A stretch of DNA of 63,721 nt from a virus. Taxonomy: Duplodnaviria > Caudoviricetes. Below, in pieces: positions 1 through 11,053 of this stretch. Below the pieces are notes generated by a model, which saw nothing but the letters and a program-made list of their open reading frames with translations, did not search any database and was not told the origin of the DNA. The stretch is from positions 1 to 63,721 of the IMG/VR virus record IMGVR_UViG_3300033273_000571; one strand, given 5' to 3'. A program made the translations under genes and the position numbers. Numbering within the stretch: position 1 is the stretch's first letter; every line of letters starts with the position of its first letter.

Positions 1-237
1 ATGATTCGAATCTGTTCTAGATATCATTAATGCATAGTTTGAATCAACATCAGCATCTAAAGCGATTAAAGCGGTATTGACAGAATCAATTTCTGATCCA
101 AGATTATTGATAGCCTGTACTAAATCGACAGCAGAAGTGTCTAATGAATCAATATCACCGAGATCTGTTGAAATAGTATTTGTTTTAGTAACAAATGTAG
201 ATACCTGATCAGTTAAATTAACTGTTGTGATTGCCAT
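1..237 (-). CDS. virion structural/fibre-like protein, N-terminal fragment (runs off the window)
   Basis: ATG at 237; open to window edge, MAITTVKLTDQVSTFVTKTNTISTDLGDIDSLD...; translated by hand, not in the ORF track. Confidence 0.65.
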   Translation of the reverse strand, partial: MAITTVNLTDQVSTFVTKTNTISTDLGDIDSLDTSAVDLVQAINNLGSEIDSVNTALIALDADVDSNYALMISRTDSNH

Positions 238-463
238 TAGTAACCTCTAAAACCTGTTTTAAAATAGACTTAATTTCACTGATATCATTTTTCAGATCAT
301 TTACTTCTTGAGAAAGCTTTTCAGTCTTTTCCTTTTCTTCCTGCCAAACTTTTTTTCTTTTACGAGCCTGACGTATTTCATTGTTATTTATATTCAAGAT
401 CGCGCCCGTGTTTTTATCACGGACAAGACCTGGACTATCTTTTACATTTGCATAGTTTTTCAT
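218..463 (-). CDS. small coiled-coil protein
   Basis: 81 aa ORF; GLVRDKNTGAILN motif followed by heptad pattern; coupled to the upstream gene. Confidence 0.7.
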   Translation of the reverse strand: MKNYANVKDSPGLVRDKNTGAILNINNNEIRQARKRKKVWQEEKEKTEKLSQEVNDLKNDISEIKSILKQVLEVTNGNHNS

Positions 464-3400
464 TATGTAGCCAATGCGATTACTCTTAGATCTTTAATTT
501 TTGGTATCAAAGAAGAGTTTGTTGATGTCATTACAATCTTAACCTGGAAAGTCGTAAATGGTGTTAAGTCACCGCCTTGACCTCCAGCAATATATTCATA
601 ATCCCTAAACGTTACACGATCATTATCGGCAGGAACACTAGCTTCTTTTTCCACTAATGTATAGTCGATATCATCTAATACGTCGTCTCCAGTTCCTGTC
701 TTAAAGTAGACTTTAAAATCTGCTGTAGAAGGTCTGTTTGCAGCAAAGATAATCTTCAATCCAACTGCATCTTCTTCAAGAGTTATTGGTGCAGTCACAT
801 GTTTTGCCGCAGAAGATCCAAGTGTTGGATCTGTTTCTGCAACAAATGATAATGGCACGTTTGTTCCATCAGTTCCTGCAGAATCTTGATTATCAATTAG
901 ATTCTCAAATGCTGTAACAGAGGTTCTTTGCAAATCAATTACAGGAGAAACTTTAGTATCAGTCGTTGCCAACTCCATTGTTAAAGAGAATGACTTAGAA
1001 CCAGAAAGACTTTCTGTTTCATTTGAGTCACTTGCAATGACTTTGGCAGTTTCTGTAAAGTTTATCTCGTTAAGAGTAATGTCTGTTCCAGTCGTATCTT
1101 TAGCATACGCTCCATTTGCAGCTTCATTACGACCACCTTGAATATCACCAAATGACGCACCTTCTGTCAGTTTAACACTTGCAGAAAGCGTTGTATTATC
1201 TGCGACAATGTTCGCTACAGTTGGAATATAAGAGTTAAACATTGCATTTTGAGATACAATAACTCCACTACCACCTGTTCTTAAAGATGATGTGGCCTGA
1301 CTTCCAGCACCAAACTTATATCCTGTATGATCTACTTCATTAACGATACGTGTTCCGTTAAGATTTGATCCTAAGATACCAGCATAACTTGTACTAGCAT
1401 CCAATCCAGAAATATTAACTCTATCATTTTTAATAAATCCATGTCCAGGATGGAAGACTGTGACATCTGAGTCACCTGATTCCATGAGCAATGGATTATT
1501 TGATAATAAGTGTTTTGGTGTTGGTGCATTTTCGAGCAACACATCTGCAGATGTACTAAAGTCTGCTCTGAATAACTGGAACATCATATCTCTTGCTTGA
1601 TCTGGAGTCCAGGTAGAAGCATTTTGTGATAAGAATAATGATCCTAAAGTTGGCTGTCTTGAAACACGAGCTTCCGTAGATCCTAAAACAAAGGCATAAG
1701 TCTTGGCAACATAAGTTGTATATTCAGTAGACTCCGCTTTAACAACAAAGGCGTATTCTTGGCCTGGTGCTAAATACACCGGCTCATCAAATTCAAAGTC
1801 AGTTGGAGTTGCCCTTACGCTTGTAAGACTACCAGTATTACTTGGAATATTAACTTCTGAAGGAAGTAAGAGTTTAACTCCTTGTGGAATAGGACCACCG
1901 GTTGGGCTACCATTTTCCATGGTTCTTATTTCAACCTGGATTGGAACCGAAGAATCTTTTGATGCAAAATAAAGTCTTACCTTTGTCAAAAAGATTCCAG
2001 AAGGATGCTCAAATTGATCGATTCTAAATGATTGCGCAAGCGGATCTCCAGGATTTGGCTGATTATTATCGTCACCTTGCTGTTCTTCTTGACGAATCCA
2101 TTGCAAATCTAATTCGCGAGTAGAGCTAATTGTTCTTTGTACAGTTTCTAATGTACCTGATGATGAGAATGTTGCAGCTGTATAACTTGTAGCTTGATCT
2201 TCATTATTAACAGAAATATCTAATAACTTAAGCTCTTTACGACCAGTTCTAAATCTCAAAGAACTTGTACTTGGAATCACAAATGATCCGTTAATTGTTC
2301 CTTGAGAATCTGTTATTAAATTAGTTGCTCCATCTGGGTGTGCTGATAAATTAGTATACGTATTACCTGCATCAGTTGTTGTTGTACCAAATCTAATAAA
2401 CTCTGATTCTTCTCTAACCCAATCATCAACACTAGTTCCATCGAAAAATGCAAAGAACCTAGTATTTGGTCTTAAGCCAAGAGCTCTAAAACCAACCTTT
2501 ACTGATCTCATGAATGGAATAATTTCAACATCAATTACTCTTTCACCAACAATCTCTCTAATTACCCTGCTACCAGTAATAACTTGAACTTGACGATTTG
2601 CACCACCGCCTGTCGGAACACCAAACCATGAGTTTTGCCACGTACCTAGATTTTGAAATGTTGTTCTAGTTCCTACGTTACGTGTACGTGTTCCACCGTC
2701 TACTACGCGATCCGGTGCGTATTGAGTTTCTACCCAAGTATCAGAAGCAGGAGAAAGATCTAAATGACCAGTTTGCGTAATAACGGCAAATGGATTAACG
2801 TTAATTGTTTCAGTTGCAAGATTCTGATTAACCAATGAAGTTGACGAATATGGAAGCATTAATAAGTCGCCCTTACGCACTACTGTATTAGTTGCTTCAT
2901 CTGAATCATAAACTAAACGAATATTATTAGGATACTGTTGAGGTCCTAAAAGATTACCTGCTGCATCAACAGCAGCTCTATATTCTTCTCTGTCTGTTGC
3001 TGAAAACGCATAATTAGAGAAATTGTCAGCAAGGAATCCAGACTTAGTTCTAGAAAGTCCGGCTGAGTCAAATACCTGTAAAGTACTAGTATTTAATTCT
3101 AATAAACTTAACGCAGTTTGTTCTGCAAGATCATCAATTCTTTGTTCTAAACGAGAGATATCTTTCATTGTAAATCTCTTGTTCGTATAGAACGAAGTTG
3201 AAAGATCTGAATCGTTAAGAGTATACGCGTTTAGTTCTATATCGTATAGAGGAATAGATCCAGTTGGAATTTCAGGGAACTGAGGATTTAATGAAGGTAC
3301 ACCACGAATAACCTTTAATGCACCACGACCAAATCTTCCATCTCTTCCATTGTTTACTGTTGCCACTAGTCTATCGTTACGTGGCAAATAATATTCTACC

Positions 3401-5568
3401 GTACCTGTAATTGTATCAGTATTTTGTGGTAAAGGATTGATAATACCTTGTGTGCCAGTATATCCACCAGAAGTATCTTGAACTGGTCTAAAATCAATTA
3501 CATCTCTTAAATTGACAACTTCACCATTATTTTTTCTATGATTTGGAATATCTTCATAATCTACAACCCCATCATACGAGTTAACTGAGAAGAAATCTCC
3601 AGAAGTTCCATGTGTGAAGTGATCAAACTTAACGTAAATATCACCAGTTGGAATAGTAACACCAGCTCGTTCAACTAAACGACCTTTAGCATAAAAGTTA
3701 TCTCGTTGACCGTTGTCAATAATAAAGTTTGTTGATAGGTCTGCACCGTCAGAGTCAGTTTGCTTAATTGCTTGTACATTATAGATGTCAGCAGTACCAA
3801 GATCAATATAGCGAAGACCTGCTCCATCTGAATCAGCATCACCCGGCCACGCTACTGTTAATGTACTATTTGTATTTAGTGACTTAGTTCTTTCGGAAAT
3901 AGAAGACTTAGCTACGTATGCAAGTAATACGTAATTTGTGCTATTTGATAGACCGCTAAAATCTGCTTGTGTATCATTAGTAGTAAGAGTAATTGTTGGG
4001 CTAACAACACTACCAGTTTCTTCTGATACTACCCATTGGAATTTATCCGTGAATGTTAATCCAGATCCTGCAGCTAGACCAGTTTTATTACCAGATCCAT
4101 CAGTTGTAAACGTATATCTCTTCTGAATAGTTAGTGCACTAATAGCAACACCATTAATACTTGGTCTTTCATTAGGAAGCGAGAACAACAGAGAGTTATT
4201 TGCTGTACTCTTTAACTGTGCAATGCTGTCTTCTAATACTACGTTAACATAATCGGTTGCGCTATTTCCAAAACTTCTTACACTTCTAAAACTCGATCCG
4301 CTATTCATCTGAATATCAAACAAATAGTAGTTGTGGTTTGATCCATCTTCTTGCACGGCACGTATTCTAGCTGTACCAATAGTAGATCCACCGTAGTCTG
4401 CAGCATCTCTTAAATTAATTTCTTCAAAGGTTGAAATATTTGGTAATCCAGAATTATCTGAAGCGTTTCCTACAACATAGTTACCATATTGTGCTACTGT
4501 ATTTTGACTAGCAAGAGAAATAGTGTCTTGAGCTTTGAGTACTGTGATCTTATTTTGTGGAATATCTAAACGATATCCATCAACATATGCAATACCAGGA
4601 GAAACACTCAATTGTAGATTTGAATCGTTAAGTTCATCAAATTTAGCAATAAAAGGTTTAACTACATAGTTACCTGACTCTTCTCTTGTCCGGAGCGCCA
4701 TGACGTCATTAATTTTATTATATGCATCGGTACCTGATGCGGTATCAATGATTCTGCCTTTGTCAACCCTTGCAAGATAAACAAAGTTTTCGTCGGACTC
4801 GACATCTGCTCTTGATGTTAAGGTAAGTGTAATTCTATATCTGTCTGCACCTGGAGCGGCTACATTTGGTGTTGCACCTTGATTATCAAAAAGATCATTA
4901 TCGTCTGCTGTTGTAACAACTTCTTCTAAGATCTTAAATCCAATATCACCTGTAAAATTACTGGTGTACTTACTAATAATTTGAGTCTGCTTAGCAGAAA
5001 AAACAAATCTACCTTGAACGTAATAATCGCCTGATTCAATAGATGCTGCAGTTCCTCTGCCAGTCGCATCTGAAGCTGCAACTTTAAGATCGTTATCTAG
5101 TGTAGTATTTTCAAGTTCCGCGCCATTGGGAATTCTAACCGGATCAGTACCAGCTGTACCAGCTGATGTATCAATATATCGTACATACAAAGTTGCTGGA
5201 TCATTAGTTGTCGCAGTAACTACTTCGAGGACTTTTACTTTAATGGCTGGATTGGGAGACTTTACAGTTAACGTTAATCCAACAAGATCATTAGGATCTG
5301 TTGGTAACGGGTTTAATGTTGTATCAAGCTTAATAAACTCGTAACTAGTATTAAGAGTGATATTACCAGCTCTTACAATTGCGCCATCTCTAAAAATATT
5401 TGATCCAAAACGAGTAATTTCATTTTGAATAATCGTTTGCATCGTAGTTAATTCACGAGCCTGCAGCGCTTTTCCGGCGTTAAACAAGACACGATGATAA
5501 CCATCACTATCGCGATAATCGTCTTTATATGTTGTAGAGAAGGTAGTGGTAGTTAGCGTTGTTGCCAT
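463..5568 (-). CDS. large virion structural protein (VrlC/DUF4815-like)
   Basis: 1701 aa; YHRVLF..G.ALQARELT.MQ N-terminus, INVNPF, DPLAQSF and P.IKDLR.IA C-terminus as in marine T4-like phages. Confidence 0.8.
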   Translation of the reverse strand: MATTLTTTTFSTTYKDDYRDSDGYHRVLFNAGKALQARELTTMQTIIQNEITRFGSNIFRDGAIVRAGNITLNTSYEFIKLDTTLNPLPTDPNDLVGLTLTVKSPNPAIKVKVLEVVTATTNDPATLYVRYIDTSAGTAGTDPVRIPNGAELENTTLDNDLKVAASDATGRGTAASIESGDYYVQGRFVFSAKQTQIISKYTSNFTGDIGFKILEEVVTTADDNDLFDNQGATPNVAAPGADRYRITLTLTSRADVESDENFVYLARVDKGRIIDTASGTDAYNKINDVMALRTREESGNYVVKPFIAKFDELNDSNLQLSVSPGIAYVDGYRLDIPQNKITVLKAQDTISLASQNTVAQYGNYVVGNASDNSGLPNISTFEEINLRDAADYGGSTIGTARIRAVQEDGSNHNYYLFDIQMNSGSSFRSVRSFGNSATDYVNVVLEDSIAQLKSTANNSLLFSLPNERPSINGVAISALTIQKRYTFTTDGSGNKTGLAAGSGLTFTDKFQWVVSEETGSVVSPTITLTTNDTQADFSGLSNSTNYVLLAYVAKSSISERTKSLNTNSTLTVAWPGDADSDGAGLRYIDLGTADIYNVQAIKQTDSDGADLSTNFIIDNGQRDNFYAKGRLVERAGVTIPTGDIYVKFDHFTHGTSGDFFSVNSYDGVVDYEDIPNHRKNNGEVVNLRDVIDFRPVQDTSGGYTGTQGIINPLPQNTDTITGTVEYYLPRNDRLVATVNNGRDGRFGRGALKVIRGVPSLNPQFPEIPTGSIPLYDIELNAYTLNDSDLSTSFYTNKRFTMKDISRLEQRIDDLAEQTALSLLELNTSTLQVFDSAGLSRTKSGFLADNFSNYAFSATDREEYRAAVDAAGNLLGPQQYPNNIRLVYDSDEATNTVVRKGDLLMLPYSSTSLVNQNLATETINVNPFAVITQTGHLDLSPASDTWVETQYAPDRVVDGGTRTRNVGTRTTFQNLGTWQNSWFGVPTGGGANRQVQVITGSRVIREIVGERVIDVEIIPFMRSVKVGFRALGLRPNTRFFAFFDGTSVDDWVREESEFIRFGTTTTDAGNTYTNLSAHPDGATNLITDSQGTINGSFVIPSTSSLRFRTGRKELKLLDISVNNEDQATSYTAATFSSSGTLETVQRTISSTRELDLQWIRQEEQQGDDNNQPNPGDPLAQSFRIDQFEHPSGIFLTKVRLYFASKDSSVPIQVEIRTMENGSPTGGPIPQGVKLLLPSEVNIPSNTGSLTSVRATPTDFEFDEPVYLAPGQEYAFVVKAESTEYTTYVAKTYAFVLGSTEARVSRQPTLGSLFLSQNASTWTPDQARDMMFQLFRADFSTSADVLLENAPTPKHLLSNNPLLMESGDSDVTVFHPGHGFIKNDRVNISGLDASTSYAGILGSNLNGTRIVNEVDHTGYKFGAGSQATSSLRTGGSGVIVSQNAMFNSYIPTVANIVADNTTLSASVKLTEGASFGDIQGGRNEAANGAYAKDTTGTDITLNEINFTETAKVIASDSNETESLSGSKSFSLTMELATTDTKVSPVIDLQRTSVTAFENLIDNQDSAGTDGTNVPLSFVAETDPTLGSSAAKHVTAPITLEEDAVGLKIIFAANRPSTADFKVYFKTGTGDDVLDDIDYTLVEKEASVPADNDRVTFRDYEYIAGGQGGDLTPFTTFQVKIVMTSTNSSLIPKIKDLRVIALAT

Positions 5569-5577
5569 GTTTTAACC

Positions 5578-6963
5578 CTAGACTGTAATAATAACTTTAA
5601 TATCTTCTTGCTGATCTGATGCTCTTACAATACGAGCTCTGTTCTCTATATAGAGAACTTCACCACTATGAGCATTTACAATGCTATGAAGATTTGCGCT
5701 ATCTGCTGTTCCTGTTCCAGAACCATCAGATTCTGAAATAATTTCTCCGTCCGAAAACGATCTAAACCCTGTATTCTCATTTTGATGATAGTAAATTAAA
5801 TCACTATCAATGTCATCAATAAATGCAGCTGCATTTGAAGATGCGCCTCTAATTAATTTATCAGTTGTGAATGACGTAGCTAATGCCGTCATTCTCATAT
5901 ATGGCATTGCTCGAGCTGCTGCATCTGTAAATCTTGATACACTGTCAGCTCCTACGCTATCATATTGATCCAGATTTTTAAATACACCAATTTGTCTAAA
6001 ATCATTGTCGACAATAAAAGTTTCAGTTTCTGTTCCATCTGGTTTAATATTTAACATAATAGATGAAGCTTTTAATTCGAATCGTGGATCCTGACCAAAT
6101 CCTAATTTTGGCCCAATTACTGGTCTTGCAGAAGCGCCTGAACCACCGCCGCCTGAAATTTCAACCGAGGCATAATCATAGAGTGAACCAAGAGCAGCAG
6201 ATTCATTATTCATTTCAATCTTGACCACTGCACCACCTGCGATCGTAGCTGTCGCTGCAGCTCCGGAACCATTTCCATAAAAAGTAACTGTTGGAGCAGA
6301 AGTATAACCAGATCCACCAGCAGTAACTGTTACTCCAGAAATTTGTCCTTTAGTTGTAAGTCTTTGTACTTCTAATTGTTGTAATTCAAATGCGTTTAAT
6401 GAACTAGAATCGCCAGGATTATTCCATGTAACCCTCTGAACGGGAACAAATCCAGATGATAAGAAATTAGATGTTTTTGTTGCTGAAAGGGCATACAAAA
6501 ACTTCCAACGATATCCATCAGTTGTTTCAAATGCTTGATATGCATTTACTCCGGCATCTGTAAAGCTTGGTTTAACTGCTGATGTATTTGCGGCTCCATT
6601 TGCATTTTTACCTTGTTGAAGACAAATATAAACTTCATTATCTTCTGTTAGAATATAGTACGAATTTTGTGGGATACCGACTGATGCATCATCATAACCA
6701 GAATAAATTGAACCAGATGTCCAGTTATATCGTGGAACTACAAATGATGCTGCTTCTACTTTCTTAACTGATTGTAGATTGTTTCGGAGTTCTCTTTCTT
6801 CTCTACGTGTTTTTACGGGATTTACAAGGGTATCAAGAGTATTGTATACATCTGATTTACCAATACCAATATAATATTCATTTGAATCGTTGCCGTTATT
6901 GACTTCATTAAGAAAGTCTTCGGCAAGATTTTTTGTTAAAGTGTCAGTTACAATTGCTGCCAT
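5578..6963 (-). CDS. gp8: baseplate wedge subunit gp8
   Basis: VVPRYNWTSG, VYICL, DGYRWKFLY, DFRQIG, GEVLYIENR, EDIKVII motifs. Confidence 0.85.
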   Translation of the reverse strand: MAAIVTDTLTKNLAEDFLNEVNNGNDSNEYYIGIGKSDVYNTLDTLVNPVKTRREERELRNNLQSVKKVEAASFVVPRYNWTSGSIYSGYDDASVGIPQNSYYILTEDNEVYICLQQGKNANGAANTSAVKPSFTDAGVNAYQAFETTDGYRWKFLYALSATKTSNFLSSGFVPVQRVTWNNPGDSSSLNAFELQQLEVQRLTTKGQISGVTVTAGGSGYTSAPTVTFYGNGSGAAATATIAGGAVVKIEMNNESAALGSLYDYASVEISGGGGSGASARPVIGPKLGFGQDPRFELKASSIMLNIKPDGTETETFIVDNDFRQIGVFKNLDQYDSVGADSVSRFTDAAARAMPYMRMTALATSFTTDKLIRGASSNAAAFIDDIDSDLIYYHQNENTGFRSFSDGEIISESDGSGTGTADSANLHSIVNAHSGEVLYIENRARIVRASDQQEDIKVIITV

Positions 6964-6975
6964 TTGTCTTTCCTA

Positions 6976-7785
6976 TTATGATACCGTCGCGCCGTAATGA
7001 CCAGTAATATACCATTTTAATCCATCCCATATAACAGTAGCAGCATCATATTGATCTAGCGCAAATGACGTGCCCTGTGCAAAACTAGTCGGAGTGATTG
7101 TTGCAGTCCCGCCGTTTCTGTTTGTAAAAATTTTATATTCACCAACTGTTGTACCATCAGCAAGAGTTATTGCCAATGCCGATGACTTATTACATATAAT
7201 ATATGTCGCCGTAGCATCTGCTGCACCATTTGTAGCTTGCGTGACTTGACTAAAAGATACTTTATCAATATTAACAGCTCCCGTACCTTTAGACACGAGC
7301 GACAAATTAATATTTGTATCAGTACCTGTTGCTGATATCAGTGGCGCGCCAGTAGTTGCTGCGTTTGCAATGGTAATTTCATTAACTGCTGAACCCGTTG
7401 CTGTTAATTTAATAGATTCATTTCCATTTGTGTCATTAATAGACGTAGTAATGCTAGGTGTAGTGATTGATGGAGATGTTAAGGTTTTATTTGTTAATGT
7501 TTGTGTAGCAGTATCTATTACTACATTACCTGATGCATTTGGCAAGGTAATAGTTCTATTAGTACTAGATCCAGCATGCTCAAGTACTGTATCAAAAACA
7601 CCATTATTAAATACAACTGCGCTATCATTTAACGATATTCTAGTAGGTAGATTGTCGCTATCATCATTACTTAAAAATTGATACAACTCAACAAAATTAT
7701 CATTAATTTTATTGGCCGCAGAACGAAGCGTATCGCCCGTTCTGTCGTTCGCGTTTGTTCCTGTTGAAATAGCTTGTCTAGTCAT
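6976..7785 (-). CDS. baseplate wedge/tail-fibre connector (gp9/gp10-like N-terminus)
   Basis: N-terminal ANDRTGDTLRSAANKINDNFVELY motif. Confidence 0.7.
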   Translation of the reverse strand: MTRQAISTGTNANDRTGDTLRSAANKINDNFVELYQFLSNDDSDNLPTRISLNDSAVVFNNGVFDTVLEHAGSSTNRTITLPNASGNVVIDTATQTLTNKTLTSPSITTPSITTSINDTNGNESIKLTATGSAVNEITIANAATTGAPLISATGTDTNINLSLVSKGTGAVNIDKVSFSQVTQATNGAADATATYIICNKSSALAITLADGTTVGEYKIFTNRNGGTATITPTSFAQGTSFALDQYDAATVIWDGLKWYITGHYGATVS

Positions 7786-7809
7786 TTTACACCTATAAAA
7801 TTATAATTT

Positions 7810-7817
7810 TATTTATA
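7810..7817 (-). promoter_or_regulatory. T4-type late promoter
   Basis: TATAAATA upstream of the gp9-like gene. Confidence 0.65.
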
Positions 7818-8760
7818 TGTTTGAGTCGCTAGTATAACGAGTAAATACAGAATTATCCATTGTTTCGAGCGTAATTGCTGTATCAGGTCTTCTTGTAGCA
7901 TCGCTATCGTCAAATGTAAATGACTCTGGTGATATCACTCTAGCAATCGTATCGTAGTATGTATCAAGACTTTCAAGAGTAATATCTGAGAATCTAGAAA
8001 TAATATCTTCTTCGTCAGCTATTCTGATACTCACACCGTCAGACTCAAGGAAGGCTGTTAGTTCGTGGAATCCTGCAGCTGCAGCAACATTTGCTTCATC
8101 AACAAGAATTACTGGTCCGCTAGAATCTAATGGATCCTGTCCTGTTCCAACAACTCCTACCGTTACTTTACCTTCAGTTTGAACTTGACCTTGAAAATGC
8201 CAACCAGCCGGATGTACAAATCTAGTATACAAAGATTGATAGTCAGTAACTGATAAACCTGCTTTTATTAAGATCGAAAAGATCTGATATATTCCATCAT
8301 CTTGAATGAATTTTTGAGATTCGTAACCAACTTGAGATTCGTTAAGAATAAAAATTTTATCCTTTGGATATTCAATTGTTATTTCTTCATTATAAAATGC
8401 ACGGAAAAAACCTTCAGCTGAAACAAGAGTACCTTTAGAACTATAAAATTCTGCCAGTAATTTAGCCATTAATCTTGGCTGTTGGAAGAACGAAGCTACT
8501 TCAAGACCGTTACCAATCTCGCTAATAATTTCATCTAGACTTTCTAATGAAGTTTGAGAAACATCACGAATTGAAAACAAATCATTAATTTGTTTTTTAA
8601 ACGCATCATCTGCATCTGAATCTAGATACTCATAGTATTTTTCTAGAAGCGTAATAAGTTTCGGATATTCAGCTAAAAAATATTCCGGTAAAACTTCTTT
8701 TACTTTTGACGTGGCAAAATTTAAGTCTCGTCTATTTACGTCTTCTAAAACATGGCTCAT
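7813..8760 (-). CDS. baseplate wedge protein (short gp7-like)
   Basis: LPEYFLAEYPKL..YYEYL, FYSSKGT, FVHPAG motifs; lies directly downstream of gp6. Confidence 0.6.
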   Translation of the reverse strand: MSHVLEDVNRRDLNFATSKVKEVLPEYFLAEYPKLITLLEKYYEYLDSDADDAFKKQINDLFSIRDVSQTSLESLDEIISEIGNGLEVASFFQQPRLMAKLLAEFYSSKGTLVSAEGFFRAFYNEEITIEYPKDKIFILNESQVGYESQKFIQDDGIYQIFSILIKAGLSVTDYQSLYTRFVHPAGWHFQGQVQTEGKVTVGVVGTGQDPLDSSGPVILVDEANVAAAAGFHELTAFLESDGVSIRIADEEDIISRFSDITLESLDTYYDTIARVISPESFTFDDSDATRRPDTAITLETMDNSVFTRYTSDSNI

Positions 8761-10583
8761 AGGAGAACAGTCTCAATTTGCTGATTATCAATGATACCTT
8801 GAGAGAATGACAACTCGTTATCGATAGAAAGTATATAATTTCTTAAAGGTTTAATTGTACTTTGATTAGCAGGTAAAACAGTTATTTTTACTGATGATCC
8901 TACAATAGCCGAAACTTCTAATCCTCTAATATTTACAGTACCGCCACTTGGGTCATATGATCCAACGTTATCTTTTAAAACTGTTCCACCAGTAGTAACT
9001 ACTTGAAGCTTTGTACTATCTAATTGGTTTTTAATAACACAGTCTTGACCACTAAATGTAAATCTAGTACTTTCTACAATAAAAGTTTTATCGTCGGCAG
9101 CTGCAATTGCCATTGGGTAATCTAGTGTATAATCAGCGAGTGTATTTAATGTTGGTGTAAATCTTCTTTGAGCCTTTACTACTATTCTTGAATCTAAAAC
9201 TGCTGGTGAAAAATCGTCAATTAATGTAAGTAAGTTAGATCTTCTAAATACACCTGTAAATTTATCTAAATTATCTTCAAAATATTTTTCTACAATTGAT
9301 TGAATAGAAGTTTGAACTGTGCCTAATGCATCACCAGATAAATCTGGATTAAAATTAAACGTAGTTTCTACTACTAAGAAAGTTGAAACAGGATCAGTAA
9401 ACTTTGTATCAATTGACAAAATCGCAATATTCTCAGTTAATGCTGACACAATACTATTTTTTGTTGTAGTTTTTGTTGCATCAGAAATATTATTTTTAAA
9501 CTGAAGAGAAACAAAAACCTTACCATATTCTGGTGGTATATTATCCTGTCCACCCCATGCTGCTACATCACTTATTACTGATGAGTAGTTCGAAAGAATT
9601 AATGCTTTATAGTCTTCAGCCGTAACAAGTCTTTGTTGAGATGCAAATACCAAGGGTGCATTTAATTTAATAGCCTGAATTGATTCTTTTTCATCACCGC
9701 CTGCAGACTTACTTACAAGAGTTGTTGTTAAAGTATAGTCTGTTCCGTCTATACCAATTTGTTCGTCAGCGGTAAAAACTTCTCCGCCATTTGCAGCTGC
9801 TCCACTTGTTTGTAAGTATTTTACAACAATCTTATTTCCTGCAACTGGTCTTTGGCCAAGAACATTACCATCACTAAATGTTAATTCAAAGTAACCATTT
9901 GGTGCCTCGCGAATAATATACACTGTAGAATCAGTATTAATCCTATCAACATTTGTTACATTAAGATAAGGTGTGAATGAAGATGATGTTACTGTATCAA
10001 AAACATTAACCGAGACAGTTGCTGTATCCATGTTCTCATCTGGAATAACGTAAAACTGATCATCTTCTAACTCGCCAACAATAAATGTTTTTGTTTTAAG
10101 AACACCTTCATAAATTGGAATACTCTGACTGCCGGCAGACGTAGTAAAGGTAAATAATCCAGATCCATTATTGCTTGCTGTATATGTTTGCAAAGTTTGG
10201 AATGTATAAGATACATCATCAATGCTTGTTGTAAATTCAGAATATTTAGGTAGTGTTATAGATGTAGTCGATGTATTTGTAGTACTGACTGTTAATTTAA
10301 CAGTTGCTTGTGATCCTGTTTTAGATCTTGGATAATATCCTAAATTTTCTGCATGAGAAACAACAGATGATCTTAATTGTGCTGATGACAAAAAAGATTC
10401 ATTGGTTGCAAGATTAGCAATCAATCCATTGATATGAGTATTATATGCCAATACATCTAAGATATTTGACAAACCAGATGCTTCAAAATTATAATCTGAA
10501 AACTCACTTTGTTGTTCTAAGTAAGTCTTTAGATTTGTTTTGATTTGATCAAAATCTAAATCAGATGATTTTATGACTGCCAT
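8757..10583 (-). CDS. gp6: baseplate wedge subunit gp6
   Basis: LDFDQIK..LK, FSDYNFEASGLS.ILDVLAYNTH, QQRLVTAEDY, WGGQDN.PPEYGKVF. Confidence 0.92.
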   Translation of the reverse strand: MAVIKSSDLDFDQIKTNLKTYLEQQSEFSDYNFEASGLSNILDVLAYNTHINGLIANLATNESFLSSAQLRSSVVSHAENLGYYPRSKTGSQATVKLTVSTTNTSTTSITLPKYSEFTTSIDDVSYTFQTLQTYTASNNGSGLFTFTTSAGSQSIPIYEGVLKTKTFIVGELEDDQFYVIPDENMDTATVSVNVFDTVTSSSFTPYLNVTNVDRINTDSTVYIIREAPNGYFELTFSDGNVLGQRPVAGNKIVVKYLQTSGAAANGGEVFTADEQIGIDGTDYTLTTTLVSKSAGGDEKESIQAIKLNAPLVFASQQRLVTAEDYKALILSNYSSVISDVAAWGGQDNIPPEYGKVFVSLQFKNNISDATKTTTKNSIVSALTENIAILSIDTKFTDPVSTFLVVETTFNFNPDLSGDALGTVQTSIQSIVEKYFEDNLDKFTGVFRRSNLLTLIDDFSPAVLDSRIVVKAQRRFTPTLNTLADYTLDYPMAIAAADDKTFIVESTRFTFSGQDCVIKNQLDSTKLQVVTTGGTVLKDNVGSYDPSGGTVNIRGLEVSAIVGSSVKITVLPANQSTIKPLRNYILSIDNELSFSQGIIDNQQIETVLL

Positions 10584-11024
10584 TTATCTTAACCTCGTTA
10601 ATGATACTTCGACCGTTTCAACTTGCAGTGTGGTCACCACTTGAAATACTACTGTTACATTAATACTATTAGCGTCTGGTAGCAATTCGACATTTACTTG
10701 TTTAACAATTGCTCTAGGTTCATAGTTTTGAATTGTTTGAGCAACTTGTTCTTTAATACCTATTTCGTCAAATTCTGATGACAGCGCAAATAAAAACTCA
10801 TTTAAATTACCACCGTAAGTTGGTAAAAACGGTTTTTCTGTTTCATTAGTTAGCAATAAATTTTTGATTGCTTGTTTAACAGCAGCTGCATCTGTTTTTT
10901 TATAGATGTCTCCACTTGGACGATTTAAAAAAGCCAGATCAATATCTTTATAGGCACGAGAAATTGAACTCGTCAAAGGAGCATTTGATAAATTTCCGTC
11001 TTCGATTGAGAAAGCTTTTGCCAT
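10584..11024 (-). CDS. gp25: baseplate wedge protein gp25
   Basis: AVKQAIKNLLLT..EKPF.P.YG and NYEPR motifs. Confidence 0.9.
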   Translation of the reverse strand: MAKAFSIEDGNLSNAPLTSSISRAYKDIDLAFLNRPSGDIYKKTDAAAVKQAIKNLLLTNETEKPFLPTYGGNLNEFLFALSSEFDEIGIKEQVAQTIQNYEPRAIVKQVNVELLPDANSINVTVVFQVVTTLQVETVEVSLTRLR

Positions 11025-11043
11025 GTTGGAATCTCTTTTCTTT

Positions 11044-11051
11044 TATTTATA
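11044..11051 (-). promoter_or_regulatory. T4-type late promoter
   Basis: TATAAATA upstream of gp25. Confidence 0.75.
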
Positions 11052-11053
11052 CG